This document shows, in pieces, positions 11,990 through 25,538 of a stretch of 64,000 nt of DNA (position 1 is its first letter; each line of letters starts with the position of its first letter). The stretch covers positions 10,540,001 to 10,604,000 of the forward strand of contig OZ076417.1 of NCBI GenBank assembly GCA_964187785.1, given 5' to 3'. A program made the translations under genes and the position numbers. Below the pieces are notes generated by a model that had not been told where the DNA came from, ran no database searches, and saw only the letters and a program-made list of their open reading frames with translations. This DNA comes from Amphiscolops sp. MND2022. Taxonomy: Eukaryota.

Positions 11990-14660
11990 AAGATCTTGTA
12001 TCAATTTTCAACGAAAATGGAAAAAAGTTGAAATTTTTCCACGTGAACTGTCAAAGTCTCGAAAAAAAAGAAAACTACTGAGCACGAAATCCTAAACGAT
12101 TTAGGAACAAATAGTATCTATGGTCTTTCAGAAACATGGCTGAAAGCTGAAGATGATGAAACATTTTGGAATCTTAAGAGTGACTATTTCAAATCGTATC
12201 GATGTGATAGATATCTATCACAGAAGGATCGAGGGGGCGGAGTAATGTTATTTGTGCCAAAGTCTCTCAATCGAAAATCAATAAAAGATCTGATTTGCAT
12301 GGATGCAGGTAAGTTCGAAAGTTTGTGGAATCAAATGCAATTTGACGAACGATACGAAAAAGAAGGAAAAGCATTTGATTAACATCAGTTACAACCCAAA
12401 TAAAAACTTGACAGCTTGTTTTTTGGAAAAGCTGTCAACTAGTATTGACCATGCTTAAAGTGAAAACAAACCAATTACTTTTCTGGGAGACTATAATATT
12501 GACTATTTAGGTAATAACGAAAGAGAATGTTTGGATAGTGTACCCTATGGATTCGAGATTTCGAACATCGCAATTCCAACAAGAATAAGAGGCAATTCTC
12601 AGAGCCTAATTGACTATATCTTAACAGATCACTCGAAATCCGAAACTTTTGTGACCTTTATTTCGGATACTTCTTTCAAAACTACCAAAAATGAAGAAAT
12701 CGATCACCGGGCAACATCAATAGTCACTGAAATTGAAGTAAAAGAGCCTCCAAAGGTTTTCCCAAACGAGTTTTTTGATAAATCAAATTTATAGTAAAGA
12801 CATGTTACGCCGCTTAATAGAAAACAGTGACTGGAGACGTTTTTTTGAATAATTTTATGCAGAAGATATGTACACTGTTTTTGTTAGCATTATTGAAAGT
12901 GCAATTCGAAAATGTGTTCCGAAGAAAAAAGTTTTTATCCGAAATGATAAGAGCAAAATAACAGTTCATCAAAAGTGGGTCAATCAGGAAACAAAGCGTC
13001 TTCACGAACAAATAGAACAAGTTTCAGACATTGAAAGTTTCTCGAACAAGTCATTATACTGCAAATCCTTAGAAAAACTAAATTCGAACCGGGAAAATTA
13101 TCAAAAGTCAGTCTTTGAGAGTCTCCAAACGGACAGAGAAAAATGGAATTTCATTTCAGAAGTTAGAATTTCGAAGAAAACTAAAACCAACATAAGAACA
13201 TTGAAAAATAGTTTCGGAGATATCCTTACCGAGCAAAAGCGGATTGCTAATCTACTAAATTACCATTTTTCCAAATTGGGCAACTTTTTCGGAGAGAAAG
13301 GAAAGAACTACCTACTCCAAACTTTTCTCTTGCATCGACATCATTCAAGTTTCAACCCATAAGCCTTTTTTGTGTAAAAAAGCATTGAAAGAATTGAACT
13401 CAAACAAACCTTTGGGTCCGTCTAACATTCCAGCTTGGGTCTCGAAAGATTGTATGAATATTGTTGCGGAACCGCTCCAGTTACTTATTAATGCTTTCAT
13501 TTTTGAAGGATCTTTCCGGCAACATTTGAAACAAGCTCATATAACACCAGATTTCAAGAGTGGCGACGCAGAAAAACCTAAAATTACCGACCTATATCAA
13601 TCACGTCAGCATTAGCAAAAATATTACTGGATATCTCAACAGAAATAACTTGATTTGTCCCAATCTGTTCGGTTTCAGAAAGAAAATGTCTACATCTGAT
13701 GCTCTAACTCTTGCCAATGAAAGTATTAGGAGAAAAATAGACGAGAATAAATTTGTAGCAGCTGCTTGCTTTGACCTACCAAAAGCGTTCGATTCAATTT
13801 CCCATGAAATTTTGCTCCAGAAGCTAGAGAGACTAAATTTTGACAGCAATTCAATCTCAATGATCCGAAGTTTTCTAATATGCCGGACTCAAAAAGTTTG
13901 TCTTGAGACTGTTTGCTCAGATTGGATAAATTTGTATCAAGGTGTCCCACAAGGGACAATTTTAGGTCCTCTGTTTTTCAATATTTATGTCAACTCAATG
14001 CATCTACATGTAACAGAACCAGTAAAAATAGTTCAAAATGCAGACGATACTTTTTTATTCGCTGCCAATGAAGACATAGAAGTCGGAATTATTCAATTAG
14101 AAAGAGTGATAGAAAAACTTTTGGTATATGTTCAAAATCATCAATTAAATCTAAATGCTACCAAAACTGTATTTAGCATTTTCTCTAAAATATTCAAAGA
14201 ATCAAGAAAAAAATTATGAATTAACTGTTTCAAATCAAAAAGGGAGCCACACTAAAACACTTAAAAATCTTGGTATCCTCTCAGATGAAAACCTCACCTA
14301 TTAAGTTGAGGTTAAAAATATTCTCAAGAAAGTGGCTTGCGGCATAAAAACTCTGTATTCGATCAGAAATCTTTTTCCTGAAAAGATTAGAATTTTACTT
14401 CTCAATGCTCTTGTAGTAAGTCAACTTCAGTACTCATCTGTTTTACTCAATGGAATGGCCCAAAAATTGAAGGCCACCCTAGAAAAACAACTGAACTGGG
14501 GAATAAAAGCAAATTTCTACAAAAACAAAATTGAGTCTTCAAGTGATCTGAAAATAGAACACAAAATATTATCCGTACAATTTTTGTTAGAAAATGAACT
14601 GCTACTTTTGGTAATGGAAAAACCACTTTCTTCCTGCCTATACCGCAAATGAATCATTTT
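11990..14660 (+). pseudogene. LINE ORF2: AP endonuclease plus reverse transcriptase, fragmented
   Basis: APE motifs HVNCQSL, LSETWL, DRGGGV, GDYNID, IDYIL and IDH. RT motifs FGFRK, DLPKAFDSI, GVPQGTILGPLFF and NADDT. Confidence 0.92.
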
Positions 14661-15719
14661 TACCTATAAGAATAACCGAAAATGAAAGAACAGAAAAACT
14701 CGCCTTCAGCCTAAGAGCCAAAACTGACTTCGTGAAACAATCGTTTTTCAATAGGGCACCTGCCTTATGGAACACCTTACCTAGTGATATTGAAAACAAG
14801 TTAACTATGAGAAGCTGAAGAAGGATCTTAAAAGCTATTATCTCCACGAATATGCAGCAGAAGTTGATTATTCCGCAGAAGTACTTAAAAAATGTTGGCG
14901 TGAGTTCAGATTCTACTAAACATGCACTTGATACTAGATGTTAATTAATGTGTGTTTGCTCTTCTTGTTTTATAAACATTTCCAATTTTTTTTTAAAAAA
15001 ATTATGTGTACACTACCTGTCTTAAATGGCATATTTTTAATTTTCATTTCGTGATGGGAATTTAGTGTTTTTTTTATATTGATGAAAGTGCAATAATTTA
15101 CATACTCTTGTTGAAAATCCTGTTTCCTCCTTAATAATTTGGAACAGATTTGTGTTTGTCTAATGCAGTAAATGTTTGAATACAGTTTGAAAGAAACCGG
15201 AAACTGCATGTGAAAAGATTATGAATGAAACTTTTGTTCAAATCATCCACTTGCTTAATAATTCGGAACGCACAGAACTATGATCATGCTCTGTTCATAC
15301 GATGAAACATGATGGATCATTTTATGTTCATTCTATGAAACATGATGACCACAGTATGATCATACTGTGAATATTGGAGCCATAGTACGGAATGACCATG
15401 ATGGAGAGTATGTTTGGTCAACCTGGGAACCAGTAATAACTAGAGATTTCAAAAACTTTTCGAGGTTTTCGCCAGTAATCAAATAGAAAAAGATAAATCA
15501 CATTCTTTCGTAAAATAGATAATTGTCCAAAAATTGTGTGTTTCGTATCGAAGAAACTAAAAGCGAGTCTTCGTTGAATCGAAACCGCTTTTTTGGTAAA
15601 GTTTTACTCGCACAGATTTCACACCAGCTAAGATAAGTTTAGGAACTTAATCTTAGAACTTAGGCCTTAGCTACGCTCGATGATGAAGTGAGGTCAACTT
15701 AGCCGTTCGAAGAGAACCA

Positions 15720-16281
15720 AACACTAGAACCACTCAGTACTGTCCATATCTTATGAAAGATTTGGTTTCCCGCTGTGAGTGAACGGTGTGTCCTCAATGT
15801 TTCCAGTGGAGGTTCTCTAATCTTAGTGTTGCAAGCTAGGGGGAGAGAGGTGAAGGAGTCTTAAGGGAGCGAATCCCGTTGCTTGATTTGCTTTCAGAAG
15901 GTTCACTTTTTGATCAGAGATCAATGAAAGTTCTGTGTTTTCTTGAATTGCGAGTCCGACTAAGGAAGGGAAACAGTAGCCAAGAGCTTCAGAGAAGCAT
16001 AGCTTTCTGCTCTGAAAAACTTTCTGCCTTTGTGAATAAAGGCATTTTTATAGTTTCAACAGTTTCATGAGTGCATTATGCTAATTTTTTGTCAGCTGTG
16101 AGATTGCATTAGCGATTGCATCAGCCACGTGATTGAACGCCACGTTGATGCAGCAAAGTTCACTACGGTCGGCCATGTTGATTCAGCAAAGTTCACCGTG
16201 ACCGAAACGGCCATGTTGATGCAACAAAGTTCACTGTGGCCGAAACGGCCATGTTGATGCAACAAAGTTCACCGTGTGACA
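15720..16281 (-). repeat. Bel/Pao-type LTR flanked by PPT-like (16282-16294) and PBS-like (15703-15719) sites
   Basis: Minus strand reads integrase end, AAGGCGGCTGGGA, TGTCACACGG..., then TGGTTCTCTTCGAACGG (tRNA-Tyr-like). The 3-prime terminal CA is not canonical. Confidence 0.55.
16144..16281. repeat. Tandem repeat, about four copies of a 33-38 bp unit (GTTGATGCAACAAAGTTCAC core), inside the LTR
   Basis: Directly visible. Confidence 0.9.
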
Positions 16282-16299
16282 TCCCAGCCGCCTTGAACG

Positions 16300-16935
16300 A
16301 ACCTGCTTGTTCAATTTTCGTCCTGAGTGGGAAAGCGTCGAAATTTCACCACAGGTTGAAGAAAAGTTTGCCATTTCGAAGTACTGACACCTCTCGGACC
16401 ACGTTATCGTTGCCTGCGTGTAACTTGACAATTTTTGCCATGGGCCAGTTGGCTGGGCTACAGTGTTCTGTTAGCAGGACAACGTCGTTTACCTTGAAGA
16501 TATCTCACCTGCTGTTGAATCATTTTGTTCGAGGTTTAAGATTCGCAATGTATTCTGTTTGCCAACGTCGCCAGAAGGTGTATACGAGCTTCTGAACAAG
16601 TTCCCAGTGTTTTGTGTAACCCAGCATGTTGTTTGTGCAGTCACCCGGAAAGCCAGATGTCCAGTCAAGAAATGGCCTGGCGTCAACGTGTTTGAGTCCG
16701 TGGGATCTGTTGAGAGCTGATAGAGGGGACGCCAATTAAGACAAGCTTCTCTTTGGCAAAAAAACAGTGTTTGATACCTGTAGACTAAGTGGCGTGCTAC
16801 CAACGATCTTACACAAGTGTGTTTTAGCTGATTTGACGCCAGCTTCCCACAAGCCACCGAAGTGCGGCGAAGACCGTGGAATGAAATTCCACTTACACAT
16901 GTTTTCGGCGACGAAGTTTTTCACATTTTCTTTTT
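16300..16935 (-). pseudogene. Bel/Pao integrase C-terminal fragment
   Basis: WNFIPRSSPHFGGLWEAGVKSAK, LTPGHFL and FWRRWQTEY. Confidence 0.9.
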
Positions 16936-18279
16936 TTTACAAGTTCTAGAAGCTTACGAAGTGACTTACGAAGAAGTTCACCGTGTGACAATGTGACTGA
17001 TGAAATAAAATTTTTGAGAGAGTCGTTACGAACTTCCGTTTTCTGCTGTGAAGACACGGCGTGGTCTTTTCATCAAATGAATTTGAGTAAGTTGGACTGT
17101 CTAGAATTGGTTTTTAGCTTTTTGAAACGTTTTATTCAACTTCTGTAGTTCCTTAAATGCTCAATAGTGAAATATTTCAATAACGTATTCACCTTTCACC
17201 GTTTTTTGAACCATTCAACATGATCATCGTTTTCTAAAGAAATATCTTCCCTGTTTCAAAGTAATAACAATTTCTCAAGATGGTGTGAAACTTTGTGGTT
17301 TGAGACTGTAGTACGGCAAAAGAGTCTAGTATGGCTTAAAGACATTTTTCCACAAGAAATTGTGTTCACATGGATATTGTTTAACACAGCGCATCAAAAG
17401 TTTGTACATTCACTTCTCTATTTCTCTTTATTTGCTTTGAATGAGTTTCGAAAATGAATTGAAACTTTTTCGATAGATCGTTCTTTGATATTTGACGTTG
17501 CACTCAGTTTTCCGATGAGTTATGTGGTCTCATGAGTTATGTAAGAAGTATTATTGTTTTCAGTCCGAGAAACACGATTCAGAACTTTCTCTGACCTCAT
17601 CAGTTAGTCTAGTTTCGTTCTCATTTTTTTTTGCAATTCAACTTCCAACATTTTTCGCGTACCCACTGATCAGTTCAGTTTGATCTATCGTTTTTGACGG
17701 CCAACTATGTTACATAAAACAGTGGCAACAGAAACCATATTGTTTTCGCCCCTCCTGCCAAATACTTTTTTGAGAAAATGAATTACTTCGTGAAAATTGT
17801 TAAATTCCATATGTCATAGGAAAATATTTGTTCGTAGAAAAATGACTGAAGACTTTAATTTGACGCTTATCAACATCTGATCAAGGTTACAAATTGGACT
17901 TTATAAAGATATAAAGTTTATAAAGCTATAACTTTATAACTATCAGACGGATTCACCCACATTGGGACCACTGGAAAACTTCGCGGCCGAAATGAATGAG
18001 CTCACCGAATCAAATCTTACTTTAAAACAATCTGTTACAGTTAGTTTTACATAGTTTACTATTCATGGCATGAGAAATTTGACGCAAACACTTGGTTCCA
18101 CATTTAACTGAATTAAGTTTTTTTTCTCAAAAAAAATTATTATTAGTTTTAGATGAGTGAATTGCGCTTAAAAAATGTAATAAAACTTCACCCAAGGTAA
18201 ATAAATAAAACGTTTAAATGGTTTTTGTTTTCGAAAGCTGCTCGTTCAACGAACAGTGCCCATTAAATGAATTACTCAC

Positions 18280-18480
18280 TTTTCACATGAAGCCAGCTTG
18301 TTTGGACTATCATAACCTCCAAACACAAAAAGCTGGTTGTTGAATGAAATCATCGCATGATATCCTCTCTTTTCATGCATGGGGGCACACTCCTTCCACT
18401 TTGATGCTGCACTGCTCAAGTCAAGCATCTCCACAGAGGCAGTTATACCACCATCTGCCCATCCTCCGGACACAAACAAC
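18280..18480 (-). CDS. Kelch-repeat exon of a host gene
   Basis: LFVSGGW...VEMLDL...W...APMHEKRGYHAMISFNNQLFVFGGY...SCE. Acceptor TTTTTTTCTTGTCAG, donor GTGAGT, 201 nt. Confidence 0.9.
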
Positions 18481-18904
18481 CTGACAAGAAAAAAAAACAA
18501 ATTGAGGTTTTGATAGACACACAGTACCATCGCGTCATGTTTGAAGTCATAAGGCGAACTGCAATTTTCTTCTGTTGTTCAACTGAACAAACTCGCTGGA
18601 GTGCAACTTCATGCATGTATCTTTTGTTTTGATGTAATGGTGGTAAAATCTTTTTTCGATTTCAGATGTGACCTTGTCCGTAAGAGCAAATATTCGGAAA
18701 ATGGAATCGTGTCATTGTTTTTTCCTCGAAATAAATTTCAAGAGTTGACGGGAAAACTTTACCAAACAGCTGGATTGGTTGCTGAAAAACAATGATTACC
18801 TCAATAGCTAACTACTCAACCAGAAAATGTGATTAAAGAATTTATGTTTTTTAAGATGATAAAACATGGAATTTCTCAAGAAAAACATTTTTGTCATTGG
18901 AAAA

Positions 18905-19792
18905 CCCAGGTTTTCGATCTTTGCGAATCTGTGCAGATCTGCAGGATTTTTGCAGATCTTTGCAGATATGTGCAGATCTGCAGAATTTTTGCAGATCTTT
19001 GCAGATATGTGCAGATTCGAAAAAAACTGACACACTCAGAAACGCAATAAAAACCCCACAGGGATGTCGAACGAATAATAAAAATGTTTAAAACTGGAGA
19101 GAAGTCTCATTTTTGTCAAAATGATGAAACATTTTTCTGTAAAAATCTGTACAGATCTTTCAAGATTACAGATTTTTACAGATCTTCACAGAGCCAAATA
19201 ATGCCCATTAAATTACTATAACGTATTCCAAGTTAACAGCAATTACTGAAAATACTCCAACAAACTATGTTGCGGAAATATTACTAAAACAACACTTTAT
19301 CAACACATCGACCAACCCAGAAGGTTGCCACATGTCAACTTTTATCTGCCAAAACAGAGTCAATATGGCAAACTAGCCTCTCAAAGTTGAAGAACCGCTT
19401 CTAGAAAGTTCGACTGAAATGGATAAATTACCGTGTTTTAGCTAAACACACTTTAGCAAAACCACACTTTCTCCAGTCACCAAAATTACCGTGATGGGGA
19501 GAAATTTTCCTTCTCAAAAATTTTGAGTGATGGAGAGTTTCTACTGACTGACCTTAGGTCAGCTAAAATACTCGATAAAGTAGTTGAAGAAGTCCAAAAA
19601 TGCAGTATATTTGTTCCTTAAAAGCTGCAGAAAAACATGTTTCTGCAAAAAACTTTTAAAAAAATCTGCACACTTCTGTACAGATCTTGCAGATCTGTAT
19701 GGATCTTCAAGATTCAGTGCAACGATCTTTGCAGAACCCTGCAGAAAAAATCCTGCAGATCTGCACAGATTCGCAAAGATCGAAAACCTGGG
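18905..19792. mobile_element. Non-autonomous DNA transposon, CACTA/EnSpm-like
   Basis: About 46-bp perfect TIR starting CCCAGGTTTTCGATCTTTGCG. Many subterminal TGCAGATC repeats. AA/AAA on both flanks as a possible 2-3 bp TSD. No ORF. Confidence 0.75.
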
Positions 19793-20333
19793 AAATGCAT
19801 TGGTTTGATTCTTTTAAAAATGAAAAAACCTATAATTCAAAGGTCGATTGCTTCTGTGTTGCCTCTATACTCTCCGACAAAGTCGGTGGGTTTACAGCAA
19901 TTACTTTAGTTTGGACATTAGCATTTATAACACCAGAAGTTATAACAAAGAATTGAATTAGAAATGGAAACCAATATGACGTCAAGTCTTAGTAACTCGA
20001 GGTCAAGGACCATTCCAATACAAAGTTGAAAAGAACAGCAACAAAACTCGTCGTGGTTAGGGTTTGTGCCAGCTCAAAATTTCCCTTCTCAACAATAAGT
20101 CACTCTTTTGCCACCAGTTAGTTATATTTTGAAGAGAATTTGTTTGTACCGTATATCCAGAAAAAAACAACTAAATGGACAACAATTTGGTGTTGTGCCG
20201 GTTTGAAACTCAAACAAAAATGTTTATAAATCTTGTAATAAACAGTTTAGCATCTAAAAAAAACTAAGAAGGAGGCTATACAGCTCGTGGAGAATCTGCC
20301 ATAAAAATCAATTATACAGCAGGCTAAAAGGTA

Positions 20334-21698
20334 CACTATGGTATCAAAAAGCTACGTACACCAACATTTTTTTTAAAAAAACTCAGAACAGTAAAATTTT
20401 AAACAACTGTTGAAACAAATAATAAATCAATATCCCGTCAAACTACCATGGTTTTTGATTACCTTCACCAGACGATTCTCATACGATGAGTACAAGTTGC
20501 GAACAACATCAGGGTTTATGTTGTTCCACACTTCCATAACCTTTTCTTCTAAATTCTCCCAGGTAACAATCTGACCTCGCAAGCTTCTTTCAAAAATCGC
20601 CCAAATATTTTCAATAGGATTCAGGTCAGGACTGTAAGCTGGCCAATCCAGCACCTCCCATTGCTCTTGGGCCAGAAAATTGCGAACAACTTCACTTTTG
20701 TGTACTGGGGCGTTGTCTTGCTGGAACACCAAATCCGGTATATTCAAATGTCGATCGTATTGCTTCAAAATCTCCAAATATCCGTAACTGTTGAGTGTTG
20801 CGGGACATTTAATTAGCATTTTCCTACCATCTGATCTGATGGCCCCCCAAAACATCATAGATCTTTTGTCTGTGCGTATTCCCTGTGTGTTTTTCGGGCA
20901 AAAGCGACGACCAGTTTTCCTGAACACCCGCACAACGCCATCACTATTCAAGCGCACACTATTCAATCTCGTCTTGTATCATTGACAGCACCATCAAAAG
21001 CGCTATTAGTTCACTCTACCAAAGTGATTGATTTGATAAATATTTTTATTTCGTTTTGGTTTTTTCGGCACTTTGAGATTTTTCTCAAATAATTTTTTTT
21101 TCAAAAAATTCCATAACTTTTTCCCATTTTCGGTGAAAATTGACGCTGGATAAAAACCAAGGGTTTTTTCAACATTCTCGAGCACCAGCGTTTTCTGACC
21201 AGCCTTTGTTTTTTGTTCAAGTTAAACTTTTTTGCGGCTTTTCTAGAAACAATTCAGGATTCTTCGAATAGTGCATTTAGAAACTGTCTTTGACGTTGAA
21301 AAAGAGTTTTGCAGTACTCTTACTCGTTCTAGTGTTGTTTTTGGGTCTTTTTCCACTCTTCGAACTATTAGTCTTTGCTCTTTTTCGCTGAGCTTTTCTG
21401 GCCGGCCTGGAGGTTTTTTCGCCACATAAGAGTTCGTTCACAAAAAACGCTGATAAGCTGTTTGAGCTGTCGATCGAGATTTAAGACCCAACTTTTCTTT
21501 AATTTCTTTGTATGATAAACCCATTTCGCGAAGTGTAACGATTTTGCAAACAACGTATGAATCCAAAGGTTTGCCCATTTTCAACAATGTTTAATTCAAG
21601 AGTGATTGATTTCACTTCCGGTTGAGAATGAAAAAAGTTCTTCACAAACTGAATAAGATTTAATTTTCAGCTGTACGTCGCTTTTTGCTACCATAGTG
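20334..21698 (-). mobile_element. Tc1-like transposon (DD34E), full length but decayed
   Basis: 27-bp TIRs (CACTATGGTA[T/G]CAAAAAGC[T/G]ACGTACA, 2 mismatches) with TA on both sides. ATG at 21578, HTH plus GRP motif, DNAPVH...SPDLNPIE with 34-residue spacing. One in-frame TGA and frameshifts. Confidence 0.93.
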
Positions 21699-22182
21699 TA
21701 TTATTCAAAATTGGGCATTACGTCAATTACAAAAGTTTAGATTAAAACTTTTAAAAAGACGTAGTTTGAGTTTCTGAAGGGAGGGATTAGACGACACGTG
21801 CCAACAAACTTTTCAAGTGAAATCACGCTCGCCAATTCTGACTGTCAAGGTACAAATTGCTTGGAGTTAGATTTTTGTTTGATAATCAGTTAAGTTGAGA
21901 AGAAAGCAAATACATATTAGTTAACCAATTTTACTTGCTACGAAGACTGTTCTTCGATGATTTCCTTTTCGTGATAGTTCGACTGTAAGGTACGGGTTGT
22001 AACCGTTCCACAGAAAGGCCCGCATCAAACATATTCTGTTAAAACTTTCGTCTCAAAAGTCGAGCGTTGAATTTGATTTCAATTCGTTCGAATTTTCGAG
22101 ATTCGGGTTCCAATGTCGAGGGATTCGCTTGTTCGTGAACTTTTTTCCGGCCATCAAATATGTTTCTGAAATGCTTCTAAAG

Positions 22183-22307
22183 ATGCGCTTGATCAAAAGT
22201 CTTCAAATTGCTTTTCTGAGCACTCCCGTAGAATATTGGACCATGGTGGACCAAAATTCTACGGGAGTGCCTAGAAAAGCAGTTTGAAGACTTTTGATCA
22301 AGCGCAT
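22183..22307. repeat. Long near-perfect inverted repeat (about 61-bp arms, about 3-nt loop)
   Basis: ATGCGCTTGATCAAAAGTCTTCAAA... is mirrored by ...TTTGAAGACTTTTGATCAAGCGCAT with a few mismatches. Confidence 0.9.
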
Positions 22308-24359
22308 TTTTGGAAACTGTGACATCTTTAGAAACTGTGACAGTCATTGATAGTTGTGGGATAAGAGTTTTGAAAATATCAATGAATTGATTATATTGTA
22401 TTTGCCGAATGATTAATCAGGCTCGTTGAGGTCTTCAACTTTGAACATGGAAGGATTACCACAACCAAAGAAGCTTTTCTAAAACATTCTGGAAAAAGTT
22501 CCGCTTCCGAGACATTCATTGGTTGAGTAAAGATGTTTTCATACTTGAGGTCGGAAGTATTTGTGAGACTTTCATTGCTAATAGTGTCAGATCCGTAACT
22601 TTTCTCCAGGATTAATTCTTCTCATGTTTATTTTTTTCAGAGTATCGTGTTCTTTTTTTACTGAACTGGTAACATGAAAAACAATTGTCGTATCGAACGG
22701 GACATTGAGTTGTGGTTTCGTATTATTCTGGAGAATTCAGAATCTACTAAAGTAAAAAAATTTATCACTTTAATCAAAATCTACTTTCGTGTTTGGCGTT
22801 TCATTGATATTGAAAGAGGTTTTTCCAATACTTTTGAAATTGGCTTCCTTCTTAGCAGTTCGTATGACTAAAGTTTGATTGTACCTCTTATCAATGGAAT
22901 CTGCTAGCCAATTGTGATGAAGTTCATCGTATCTTGTCAAGGCTCTTCAAATTTTTATTGTAACCCACTCAAGTCCGTTTTCGTAGATTAGTAACCACTC
23001 CATCCAAATTCATTTATCAATCGAGCAAGATAATTTTTGTCTGGATTGTCCAGCGAATGTTTCTTTTTCTGATCTAACAATGGAAATAGTTTTTTAGGTT
23101 TCAAAGGTACGAAGATCCTTTGTTTTTCGTAAACAAGTTTCTGCTTCTATTCATCTGGTATTTGAAGTATCCACATATTACAGAGAAGGAATCAAAATTT
23201 GTTGTGCGGGTTGTCTCGGTTTGCAATTGAAAGCTAGTTGGCGAACGGTCTAGACAAGCGCTTGATGTTGCGTTACCCTCGTTGACTTGAAACTTTACTA
23301 TTTAAAAGCAAAGGCGTACAGTAATTTTTCAAACTCACAATCGGTTTATAATCTGAAGTTTTGAATTCTCGACAAATTCTCATTTCAAGTTTTCTCGTTA
23401 ACTACTACGTGACAATCGATTTTCGTTCCAAAAAGCAAGAGCTTGTAGCAACTGTATTCTCGAACAAAAAAATCACGCCCATTTTCTGATTTTCGACTGT
23501 TTCGTTATTGGTTTTTCTGAACTCTCATCCGCTTCAGATCAAATGCTTGAAGTTCGTTTTGACCTATTGGAAAGTCCCTTCTGAAGTTGAACTGCTAGTG
23601 GAGCGACGTCTTCAAGCAGTTGCCAGTTTCTAACTCTGATCAATTGTACTTGATTGTTTGGTTTTTTCCACAAACTCACCAGCGTCAAACTTACGAGTTG
23701 TAATAACCCAATGGATTTCTGAAGCTTCACTGATGCGTCGATGAAGTTTTGGCAAACGCCTTTTAAACAAATTGATGCACTTCGTTTGAGAGAATTTGTT
23801 GAGTAAGAGTTAAGTTCTTCGAAAACGCCACTAAGGTTTTTTAAAGAAAAAAATGTTGATTGTGAGAGGTGCTGGGTTGATACTTTTGGTTTCCAAGGGA
23901 ATGAAAAGCTTTGAAGTTCTCTGGGTAGAAGTTTAAATTCAAATAATCACCTTAAAACTGACACCTACTATCTACAGGCTTAAGTCTTTGTCAGTTGGGT
24001 CATCTTTCGATTCCTACAAGTGATTTTTCAAACCTATGATGGGTTCGGTAGAAGAGCCATACAAAAGAACAGTTTTCATGAAATGGTCCCTGCGAAAAAA
24101 AAAGATTCTATAGAAGGCTCTTTACAAACCGTGAGTTCCCTGAAAGGACCAAAATGCAAAAATTATTTAAAGAGGAGGCCGTTCATAAACCTGTTTAGTT
24201 TTACACATCCCCACCATCAATACAGTCATGTAGAAACCGATGGACTTGCACCACATGTGATGTAACCTAAATTCGATTCATAATTTTTTGTACGTTGAAA
24301 TTGTAACTCTATATCTGATACCTCCTCAAAATCTCAAGTACATGATGTTGACCCTAATA

Positions 24360-24440
24360 ATAAATCTAAACCATATGTTAGAAAATATCGTACATTTTGT
24401 CACAAGAATCACCATTCTGTATCCACTTGTTACTGTCGTC
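24360..24440 (+). pseudogene. Degenerate gag zinc-knuckle remnant
   Basis: KPYVRKY-[R]TFCHKNHHSVSTC fits CX2CX4HX4C with the first Cys mutated (CGT). Confidence 0.35.
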
Positions 24441-25538
24441 TTCAGACCTCAAGTTTTCAGAAACGATTGTTTCGCTTCTCTTCAATTCTTCAAAAAACAA
24501 TTTTTTCATTCATGCAAACCATGGCCACCTTGAAGCACTCGCATTCGTGAAAAAAACAATGAAAAAGTACGACATTAGGCAATAAAAGTCGAAGGTTTTT
24601 TCACACTAGGATGGTGCAATGAATATCCATCCACAACTAACTTCATATGCAATCTTCTTTCGTGGTCCCCTGAAAATGCGAATGAATTTGCAAAAGAACA
24701 CCGGGTCAAACATGTTTCAAGTTCTCGTGAACCTTCAGTTCTGTTCCATGGTTTATTCTGAAGATACCACACTTAAGAAACTTAAAACACAAGAACCTTC
24801 GTTTGAAAAAAAAACAACCTATCAGATACATTACAAACAATCGCCTCTGTTACAGAACACTCCTGAAGAATCTGTTGAAGAGATCAAAATTCTGGTGAAG
24901 ATCAAAATATTGAATCCAATCCTCAAGTCAGAAAATATTGAACAGTTCGAATGATAACAAATATATTCGAATATGCCCACTCGAATGCTAAAAACAAATA
25001 CGTTTCACGCTGATGATCATGCAAACATGAATTTTTTTTACCTCGAGCGATTACTTTATAGAGAATTAAAAACTTTGATTTGAAACCATATACTCATCTT
25101 GAATTGACTCTAACCTGAAATTTTGTAAACATGACCTCCACCTCTAATAAATGGTCTCTATCATATTTTCATTTTCCGCGCACATATTTTTTTCCAAATT
25201 CTGCCAAAGCTCCTGTTAACGTGGAACTCGAATAGGAATATAAAAGAATGAGAGGATGAAGAATGTATTATGTTGAAATGAATTGAAATGTTTTCTATCA
25301 ACGTGTTTTCTCTCAAGGCTCATGTGGCAACTGATGCTAGCATAGAATTCTAGAGCTAGACTTTTGACAGGTTGTTAATACGTATTTACAAACACTTCAA
25401 TGACCTCTACTACATTCCCCGTTTTTGGGAAGTTTGTACAAATTTCAATCCTCAGTTTTCTTTCAACAATGTTTTACTAAAACAACAACTCAAAATAAAA
25501 CTGGTAGTACAGTTTACGTTATAGCAAAGTAAAGTTTA

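Larger units (their letters stand above)
10628..15000 (+). mobile_element. Non-LTR retrotransposon (CR1/L2-type LINE), near full length, decayed
   Basis: ORF1 remnants from AAAATGGCG at 10661, followed by 2A, APE and RT in order, then a T/A-rich 3-prime end. Confidence 0.9.

Noticed and set aside
16144-16281. CRISPR-like array of 33-38 bp repeats
   Set aside because: Units are contiguous with no unique spacers, lie in an LTR, and the context is eukaryotic with no cas genes.
17700-18120. Next downstream Kelch exon (YLAGG-like stretch)
   Set aside because: No acceptor giving the required phase and an open Kelch frame was found.
18808-19956. Short ORFs with CRSAHICKDL-type repeats
   Set aside because: Translation artefacts of TGCAGATC subterminal repeats.
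23400-23800. Possible hAT dimerisation remnant (STSSSTSEGTF) on the minus strand
   Set aside because: Too degenerate to support.
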